Of a DNA stretch of 14,504 nt, positions 7,599 through 14,504 are shown piece after piece (position 1 is the stretch's first letter; each line of letters starts with the position of its first letter). The translations under genes and the position numbers were made by a program. This stretch comes from Candidatus Tenderia sp. (lineage in GTDB: Bacteria > Pseudomonadota > Gammaproteobacteria > Tenderiales > Tenderiaceae), in assembly GCA_031416075.1 (NCBI GenBank), contig JANOSY010000039.1, positions 1 to 14,504 of the forward strand, written 5' to 3'. The notes below the pieces were generated by a model that worked only from the letters and a program-made list of their open reading frames with translations, was not told the DNA's origin and searched no databases.

Positions 7599-7837
7599 TT
7601 TTCACCCATAACGTTGATATACCACCTGAATACTAACACGCAGTCCCACGGGGGCTTCGGCCTTTACCAACCCCCCCTTATTCCACACGGTAAAAGAGCT
7701 AAGAAAACACCTGCTCATCCGGTAAAAACCTCAAAATCAGCGCTCTTGATAACGGATAGATTCCGTCTACTTTTGAACTCAACGATGCCCGATCCATCAT
7801 GTGCACTGGGTATCGCCAACTTAAAAGGAGCCTGATA

Positions 7838-7969
7838 TTGAATATTCCAAAGGATAAAAATAGCTACCCACTTAAAGATACCCTGCAGATCATGCTGGGC
7901 ATTCCAGTGGTCATCACATTTGCGGTTTTCTGCGCCAACTTCGCTACTTCATACGCGGGCATTTATTAA
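7838..7969 (+). CDS. 43-aa single-pass membrane small protein (below the ORF-track cutoff)
   Basis: AAAGGAG lies 7 nt before the TTG. Translation is MNIPKDKNSYPLKDTLQIMLGIPVVITFAVFCANFATSYAGIY*, followed by a hairpin at 7989-8021. Confidence 0.55.
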   Translation: MNIPKDKNSYPLKDTLQIMLGIPVVITFAVFCANFATSYAGIY

Positions 7970-8040
7970 CCCGGATCTCTTTTGCCCCCAGGGCAACCTC
8001 ACGCTGAATGGGGTCGCCCTGCCCCCAACAACAAAAACCT

Positions 8041-8067
8041 TAAGATCGATCTCTGCTCAACCGATAT
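8041..8067 (+). promoter_or_regulatory. Putative sigma-28 (FliA) promoter
   Basis: TAAG-N15-ACCGATAT against the consensus TAAA-N15-GCCGATAA, upstream of the 8143 ORF. Confidence 0.55.
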
Positions 8068-8142
8068 ATGGTGTAACGGTGGCAACATAACCACTACATA
8101 TTGTGCTAGAGAGCCCGTAACTGCGGGCAGTGAGGTTGTCCA

Positions 8143-8376
8143 ATGCCGAGCTATATATTACGTCTGGCCTTCGACTTTGAGCGCCGTCATGGCTTCTGGC
8201 CCAATATGGTTTACCTCAATACCGAGCAGCTGCGCCACTGGCAGGGTGAGTTTGATAATCCGGCTGATTTTGACGAGATTAGCCGTCGCTTGTCGATGGC
8301 CATTGTTATCTCTGTCGACGCACTTCACCCCCATGTCGCCTGGCTACCAAGCCGGGTACACGCCATCACCGGCTAG
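8143..8376 (+). CDS. Hypothetical 77-aa protein
   Basis: GAGGT RBS, ATG start and globular-looking composition. It fills the gap and converges on the lipoprotein gene. Confidence 0.7.
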   Translation: MPSYILRLAFDFERRHGFWPNMVYLNTEQLRHWQGEFDNPADFDEISRRLSMAIVISVDALHPHVAWLPSRVHAITG

Positions 8377-8393
8377 CCCCCACCGGCAACTAT

Positions 8394-10178
8394 TTAGAAG
8401 TGACTCCCCCACAGGTCAATCCGATTGCCGTTGGTATCGGTAATCGGTTGTAACCAGACCACCGTGGCAATGCCATTGCTGTCCAATAGGGGGATGGGGT
8501 TGTAACCATTATTGTGCAGCGGTGATCCCACCTTGGCGATTGCCCCCCAGCCGCCGTTAGTACCTGCCGTATATTTACTGGTAACAAGCTGATTGCTGGA
8601 GTCGTAGGGAGTCCGCCATACCAGCGTGATATTACCGTTATTGCCCATCACTGCTTTTGGATCAACGGCACTGCCGTCATTTAATGTCTCTACCAACCGT
8701 GCCGTGCCCCATTTGCTCGATGAAAAGTGGTTTGACCAAAGATCAAAACGACCGCTCTCCTCCTGTAACCAGATCACCGATGCGCGCCGCGCACCATCCA
8801 TTAACAGGATGGGTGAACGTACATCGCCACTAGTACTTGTCTCAAGCAGGACAGGATCATCCCAGCTACCGGCCGAGAAGTATCTGCTCCAAAGGCTATA
8901 TACCAAGGTGAATGCGCTGTTGTCCTGCTGCAGCCAGATGGTGGTGATACTGCCCGCACTATCATTCACCATTGAAACAGAACCGGCGTCACCACTCGCA
9001 GCTGATATGGCAAAACTGGCTGACCACCCCCCCGCATAGTAGTTACTCCAGATCCGGCTTACCGCGCCGTTTGACTGCCCCCAGGAGAGCATGACGTTAT
9101 TTGTGCCATAAAGCAGGAGTTGTGGTGTGTGTACATCAGTATTCAGGACATCGATGTTGGTTGAAGCGCTCCAGCCGCCTGAGTAACGGGCCACCCAGAG
9201 GTTCCAGCGGTTACCATCAAACTGACGCCACGCCACCGTCGCTGCGCCGACAGCGTCTACCACCGCGACGGGCGGCTCGACACTGCCAAGATCTTCGCTA
9301 TCCAGCTTTGTGGCCACCGACCAACCCGCCGCGTAACGTGCGCCCCACAGATTCAGATAGCTGCCATCAGATTGTGTCCAAAACGCAAAGGCGTTACCCG
9401 AACCATCCATCAACAGCGTTGGTGATGTCACATCATCCAGGTTTTCACTATCCACCAACGTGGGTGTGCCATCCCATACACCGGCCTCGTTACGGCTGGC
9501 GTAGAGGTCATAACGGCTACCGCTATGTTGCGTCCAGAGGGCGGTCACATTGCCCAGGCTATCCACCCCGACCTGTAACTCACCAATGTCCTCAACGTTT
9601 TCAGTAGCGTTGGCCGAAAGATCCATCGCTTCAATCCGGCTTTCTATCCCCCAACCACTGTTGGCGATGTAACGCACAGCCCATAGATCGGTACGCTCAA
9701 CATCGACACGGGTCGGACCAGACATATAAATATCGGCGGCGGCCTGGCTCCAGACCACCGTCACATTTCCGCCGCCATCCACCACCACTTGAAAGGACTT
9801 AACGCTCAGCGCCCCCACCTCAAGCCGCTGGGCGTTGCTCCAGCCAATGGCCACGTTATAACGACTGGCCCAAAGGCTGATGCTGACGCCATCCGACTGG
9901 GTCCAGACGGTGGTCACATTGCCACTGCTATCGATAACCGCCCGGGCGCTCTCCACATTGCCACTGATATCGCTATTCAACGCCAACGGTGCACCAGCTT
10001 CCGGCAAGGGTGTCACCTCCCCCCCTGCACCCGGCCCCTCTGAAGGGATAAGTGTCGGCGCGCTGATGGGATTATCACTGGCGTTATTACCATCCCCACT
10101 GCATCCGGCAACAGCCAGCAGAACGATCAATAACGGCGCCTTGATGTAATTAAATATTGATTTCATAACGGGCTTCAT
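8394..10178 (-). CDS. Lipoprotein with ten ~48-aa Trp-rich repeats (beta-propeller-like)
   Basis: Lipobox LLAVAG-C, a Pro/Gly/Ser linker and the repeat P..vvD..Gn...vW.Q.dG....lW..ry...gW. Start is probably ATG 10178 or 10166 rather than 10229. Confidence 0.8.
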   Translation of the reverse strand: MKPVMKSIFNYIKAPLLIVLLAVAGCSGDGNNASDNPISAPTLIPSEGPGAGGEVTPLPEAGAPLALNSDISGNVESARAVIDSSGNVTTVWTQSDGVSISLWASRYNVAIGWSNAQRLEVGALSVKSFQVVVDGGGNVTVVWSQAAADIYMSGPTRVDVERTDLWAVRYIANSGWGIESRIEAMDLSANATENVEDIGELQVGVDSLGNVTALWTQHSGSRYDLYASRNEAGVWDGTPTLVDSENLDDVTSPTLLMDGSGNAFAFWTQSDGSYLNLWGARYAAGWSVATKLDSEDLGSVEPPVAVVDAVGAATVAWRQFDGNRWNLWVARYSGGWSASTNIDVLNTDVHTPQLLLYGTNNVMLSWGQSNGAVSRIWSNYYAGGWSASFAISAASGDAGSVSMVNDSAGSITTIWLQQDNSAFTLVYSLWSRYFSAGSWDDPVLLETSTSGDVRSPILLMDGARRASVIWLQEESGRFDLWSNHFSSSKWGTARLVETLNDGSAVDPKAVMGNNGNITLVWRTPYDSSNQLVTSKYTAGTNGGWGAIAKVGSPLHNNGYNPIPLLDSNGIATVVWLQPITDTNGNRIDLWGSHF

Positions 10179-10251
10179 TGGGTTCGTAGCTCTGTTTAAT
10201 ACCGCGTTAACAACACTTTGTCCAGCCAAGCCACAGCTCCACGGCTTAATT

Positions 10252-10260
10252 TGCTAGAAT
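10252..10260 (+). promoter_or_regulatory. Extended -10 promoter of uvrD
   Basis: TGcTAGAAT ends 8 nt before ATG 10269. Confidence 0.55.
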
Positions 10261-10268
10261 CGCCCCCC

Positions 10269-12440
10269 ATGGACGTTACACATATTATCGACCCCTTGAA
10301 CGATGCCCAAAGGGAGGCGGTCACCGCCCCCGCGGGACAACAGCTGGTACTGGCCGGCGCTGGCAGCGGCAAGACCCGCGTACTGGTGCACCGCATCGCC
10401 TGGAACATGGCGGTAGACCACGTCTCGCCCTACAACATGATGGCGGTCACCTTCACCAACAAGGCCGCTGCCGAGATGCGCCACCGCATCGAAGAGCTGC
10501 TCGGCACCCCCATTGGCGGCATGTGGGTCGGCACCTTTCATGGTCTGGCGCACCGTTTTCTGCGCGCCCACTGGCAGGATGCCAAACTGCCGCAGAGTTT
10601 TCAGATCCTCGATTCAGATGACCAGTACCGCCTGGTGCGCCGCATCCTGCGCAACCTCGAACTCGACGAGGCCAAGTGGCCGCCGCGCCAAGTGCAGTGG
10701 TACATCAACGGCTGCAAGGACGAAGGGCTGCGTCCCCAACATATCGACCACCACGGCGATCACTACACCAAGCAGATGGTACGCCTCTATCAGGCCTATC
10801 AGGATCACTGCAACCAGGCCGGTCTGGTGGACTTTGCCGAACTGCTGCTGCGCGCCCACGAACTGCTGCGCGACCGCGCCGACATCCTGCACCACTACCG
10901 CGAACGGTTCCGCTACATCCTTGTCGACGAGTTTCAGGATACCAATACCCTGCAATACGCCTGGCTGCGACTGCTGGCTGGCCCCGAAGGCAACCTCTTC
11001 ATCGTTGGTGATGACGACCAGTCCATCTACGGCTGGCGCGGCGCTAAGATCGAAAACATCCACCAGTTCAGTCGTGATTATCCCAAGACACTCACCATCC
11101 GCCTGGAGCAGAACTACCGCTCCACCGCGACGATTTTGAAGGCCGCCAACGCCGTCATCACCCACAACGACGACCGCCTCGGCAAAGAGCTGTGGACCGA
11201 TGGTGAAGAGGGCGAACCAATTTACCTCTACACCGCCTTCAACGACCTCGATGAAGCGCGTTTCACCGTCAATCGCATCGCCCAGTGGGGCAAGGATGGC
11301 AACGCCTACCGCGACAGCGCCATCCTCTACCGCTCCAACGCCCAGTCACGGGTGCTGGAAGAGGCGCTGCTCCAGGCACGTATCCCCTATCGCATCTACG
11401 GTGGACTGCGCTTTTTTGAACGGCAGGAGATCAGAGACGCACTCGGCTACCTGCATCTGATGGCCAACCGCAGCAACGACGCCGCCTTTGAACGCATCAT
11501 CAACACCCCGACACGTGGCATCGGCGACAAGAGCCTCACCACTATTCGTGAGCTGGCGCGTGAACAGAGCCTCTCACTCTGGCAGGCATCACAACGGGTG
11601 ATCGACGAACAGCGCCTGCCCAACCGCGCCTCACTCGCCATCCAGAAATTCATCGACCTCATCAACACCATGCACGACTACTGCATAGATCGTGAACTGG
11701 GCGAGCAGGTCGACCACATGCTCCAGGCCAGCGAACTGATCGAACACTACAAAAAAGAGAAAGGCGAAAAGGGCCAGGCACGGATAGAAAATCTGGAAGA
11801 GCTGGTCAGCGCCGCGCGTGGTTTTGAGTACAAAGATGACGAACACGAAAACATCGACGTGCTCACCGCCTTCCTCTCCCACGCCGCCCTCGAAGCCGGC
11901 GAAGGACAGGCCGACCCATGGGAAGATTGCGTACAGCTCATGACACTGCACTCCGCCAAAGGACTCGAATTCCCACTCGTCTTCCTCAGCGGCATGGAGG
12001 AGGGACTCTTCCCGCACCAGATGTCCATCGACGAACCGGGCCGCCTCGAAGAGGAGCGCCGCCTCTGTTACGTCGGCATCACCCGCGCCCGCACCCTGCT
12101 CTACATCACCCACGCCGAAGCCCGTCGACTACACGGCCAAGAGCGTTTTTCTCTCCCCTCACGCTTTATTCGCGAAATCCCTGACGAACTGATAAAAACC
12201 ATTCGCGTCAAAACCAACATCACCTACCCAAGCACAGCCACAACCCGTTACGACCGCAACGAATATGACCAGAGCGAAGAGGGGTTACGCCTGGGACAGC
12301 GGGTACTGCACCAAAAATTTGGCGAGGGGGTTATTCTGAATTACGAAGGCAGTGGCAGCAGCGCCAGAGTGCAGGTCAATTTTGATAACGTCGGCACAAA
12401 ATGGCTGGTCACCGCATACGCCAACCTGTCGCTTTGTTAA
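10269..12440 (+). CDS. uvrD: DNA helicase II
   Basis: LAGAGSGKT, VTFTNKAA, LVDEFQDTN, VGDDDQSIYGWRGA, LEQNYRS, LMTLHSAKGLEF, EEERRLCYVGITRA and a C-terminal Tudor-like GQRVLHQKFGEG. Start is set at MDVTHII. Confidence 0.97.
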   Translation: MDVTHIIDPLNDAQREAVTAPAGQQLVLAGAGSGKTRVLVHRIAWNMAVDHVSPYNMMAVTFTNKAAAEMRHRIEELLGTPIGGMWVGTFHGLAHRFLRAHWQDAKLPQSFQILDSDDQYRLVRRILRNLELDEAKWPPRQVQWYINGCKDEGLRPQHIDHHGDHYTKQMVRLYQAYQDHCNQAGLVDFAELLLRAHELLRDRADILHHYRERFRYILVDEFQDTNTLQYAWLRLLAGPEGNLFIVGDDDQSIYGWRGAKIENIHQFSRDYPKTLTIRLEQNYRSTATILKAANAVITHNDDRLGKELWTDGEEGEPIYLYTAFNDLDEARFTVNRIAQWGKDGNAYRDSAILYRSNAQSRVLEEALLQARIPYRIYGGLRFFERQEIRDALGYLHLMANRSNDAAFERIINTPTRGIGDKSLTTIRELAREQSLSLWQASQRVIDEQRLPNRASLAIQKFIDLINTMHDYCIDRELGEQVDHMLQASELIEHYKKEKGEKGQARIENLEELVSAARGFEYKDDEHENIDVLTAFLSHAALEAGEGQADPWEDCVQLMTLHSAKGLEFPLVFLSGMEEGLFPHQMSIDEPGRLEEERRLCYVGITRARTLLYITHAEARRLHGQERFSLPSRFIREIPDELIKTIRVKTNITYPSTATTRYDRNEYDQSEEGLRLGQRVLHQKFGEGVILNYEGSGSSARVQVNFDNVGTKWLVTAYANLSLC

Positions 12441-12550
12441 ACAGGTAGCTTATCTATTCGGCATACACGCCAAACCAACAGACTATTTTAAAGCAGAGAG
12501 AGTACGCCCGTTCATCGCGCACCCATCAAAGAGAAGATAACAACCGCACC

Positions 12551-12586
12551 AAAAAATAGGCCCCCGTCAAAAACGGAGGCCTATTT
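12551..12586 (-). terminator. Rho-independent terminator of the beta-helix gene, possibly bidirectional
   Basis: The minus strand reads AAATAGGCCTCCGT-TTTTG-ACGGGGGCCTATTT-TTT: a stem with one G-U pair followed by a U tract. It lies between convergent genes. Confidence 0.8.
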
Positions 12587-12611
12587 ATCTAATGCTGACC
12601 TACATTAAAAC

Positions 12612-14366
12612 CTATTTAAACTCATAGGCACCAATGTCGTAGTCAGAACCATCACCGGTACTGCCAGCACCCAACTTATCACCATCCTGTGGCCGCGCCA
12701 CACCCAACAGATCAGTTACCACACCTGAGCTTGCAGTGTTTTTACCACGATCAATCGCAGGTGAACCAGCACGTACACGGTAATCCCCAGCCCCTACAAA
12801 CATCGGATCGGCGTAACTGTTATTAGTGCTACTAGCCGAAATAAGTGAATTTGCACCCAGAATAGAATTACTTACCAGAGCAGCCCCTCCTCCCGCGACC
12901 TCATAGCCAGAGTTTCCTCTCACTACACTGTTGATGACATCCAGGGTACCAGAGGCACCAACAATAACGCCTGAACCCGTATTTGCAGCAACCGTGTTAT
13001 TAATCACCTTCGCCTTTCCATATGAGGCTATATCAATGGCAGCACCGTTTGCACCTGTATTGGTATTTTCAACAATCAGGTTATTGGCCAACAACATCTC
13101 CTGTCCGTAAGCGCCTATGGAAACAGCAGCCGCCACGTTAGCGATATTGCCTTTAAACACATTGCTACTGATGGACGAAGCCAAGCCATAGCTACCAATC
13201 AGAACCGCACCTCCAGCACCATTGGCCTGATTATTTAAAAAAGTGTTATTACTAATCGTAATGCCACCACCCTCGGAAAATATAGCGCCGCCATGCGGTG
13301 CTTTGTTATTAATAAACGAGTTGTTTCTAACAAAGCCATCCGAACCCTTCACATATAAACCACCGAATCCTGCGGCCATATTGCCGTTATCACGAATGAT
13401 ATTATTCAATACACTCCCCCCCCATACGACATAGAGCCCAAGGTTTGGATTGCCTTTAATTGTAAAGCCGTTAATTGTACTGCCCCCCACAACCGGGCTA
13501 TCTGCACTATTAACAGTAACAGTGGCATAAGGCAGGCCTGTGCCATCTAGGATAGTACTTTGCGCCCCGTGAGTACTAACAAGCTTTTTGTTAGATGTTA
13601 CTGTGACCAATTGATTATAAGTGCCCGGCCCAACAGTAATGGTTGCCCCTGCCGCTGCCGCATCAATGGCCGCCTGTATATTGCTGTAGGCACACCCTGA
13701 TGGACATACATTTGCCACCTGAACTGGCTGCCGTTCAAAAGCACCAATGTCACACTGGGCAATACCATCGTTATTGCCATCCCTTGGGCGTGGCTTGCCC
13801 AGTTGGTCATATGTCGAGCATGATGCATCGGCCGCTTTGTCTATCGCAGGACTATTCACAAGCAGAGGGAAATAGGTTTGACCTGTTGCTGCATCAGTAG
13901 CCATTGCAGCAAGACCTGGGCTGCCTACAAAGTCTGTTGCTGCCAGTGCCACATAGCAATTAGATACCGAGCCAAATATATTATTACCTTGCGAGAATGG
14001 CGGATAGTAAACGGGGGTATCACCCGGCTGAACAGGACCAGTCCAGCTGTCTCCTCCATAACAGTCAGGGGCACTGAGTGACGTATTGTTTGCGATAATG
14101 GTATTTTTAAGCGTTAACTGCCCTTTTATGCCACCACCACTAAAACGGCCAGAAGCGGTATTATTTGTGATAGTACTATTGATCACCGTTAGGGTAGGCC
14201 TATATGGCGGCATTGTTGCTCCCATCATAAAAATCGCCCCTGCATCAACACCTTTATTATTGGCAAACGTTGAATTTTTGATGGTCAGACCTTCACTTAT
14301 CAAAGTAACTGCACCAACAGAGCCCTCGTTATTAATGAAGGTACTTTTATCAATGGTTGCATTTAG
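12612..14366 (-). pseudogene. 3' part of a secreted-type parallel beta-helix / choice-of-anchor-Q protein, interrupted by the IS5
   Basis: FxNNxA..GGAI repeats, a CPSGCAYSNIQAAIDAA..TITVGPGTY cap and two SPAID...D..G..RP.DG...DIGA(F/Y)E modules. The frame stays open upstream of TTG 14303 (LNATIDKSTFINNEGSVGAVT) to the IS junction. No signal peptide is present. Confidence 0.82.
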
Positions 14367-14504
14367 CAGGCTGTTGAAAAACTACCGCGCCATCATTGGC
14401 CCCTGTAAACTACCGACACCGATAATCTCCAACCCAAGATCCAAAAATGCGCGGCGCAGATATCACTCAAGAATCCCTGTTCACCACGGTTCACCTAGAA
14501 ACTT
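14367..14504 (+). mobile_element. IS5-family insertion sequence, left end; runs off the window end
   Basis: The terminal repeat-like CAGGCTGTTGAAAAA is preceded by TTAG (14363-14366, candidate target). A transposase start follows. The exact end is uncertain by 1-2 bp. Confidence 0.82.
14447..14503 (+). CDS. IS5-family transposase, N-terminus (partial)
   Basis: Manual translation gives MRGADITQESLFTTVHLET, the MRG.D..Q..LF start seen in IS5-subgroup transposases. Confidence 0.8.
   Translation, partial: MRGADITQESLFTTVHLET

Noticed and set aside
7989-8021. Hairpin as a c-di-GMP-I riboswitch or intrinsic terminator
   Set aside because: The GGCAAAC/GAAA tetraloop/GACGCAAAG architecture and second stem are missing, and there is no U tract on the plus strand. 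It is kept only as an unassigned hairpin.
7614-8443. ORFs 7614..7835 and 7982..8443
   Set aside because: Both have TTG starts without an RBS and an unnatural composition. The 7838 sORF and the 8143 ORF have better translation signals.
10196-12540. Alternative-frame and antisense ORFs over uvrD
   Set aside because: They are shadows of a highly conserved GC-rich gene.

Overview
Gammaproteobacterial chromosomal window that starts and ends inside two different IS elements: an IS3-family (IS911-like) left end at 1-139 and an IS5-family left end from 14367. Core content: 6S RNA (ssrS), ygfA/fau, a Ycf46-type AAA+ ATPase, a PilZ-domain gene with a sigma-28-like promoter, ilvA, a DUF4124-like gene, small hypothetical genes, a 10-repeat beta-propeller-like lipoprotein, uvrD, and a beta-helix/choice-of-anchor-Q protein broken by the IS5. 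The most unusual part is the variable region downstream of ilvA (about 3700-5590). A second in-frame copy of the ilvA 3' end (ENPAYRLFLS-stop) lies 1093 bp downstream of the real one. Between the copies sit a Tae4-like amidase plus a small membrane protein, bracketed by integron-cassette-like ends, and a cluster of GTAG-type REPs. A CPBP/Abi protease follows the second copy. No integrase or RAYT gene is in the window. All family calls are from motif recognition by eye, not database searches.
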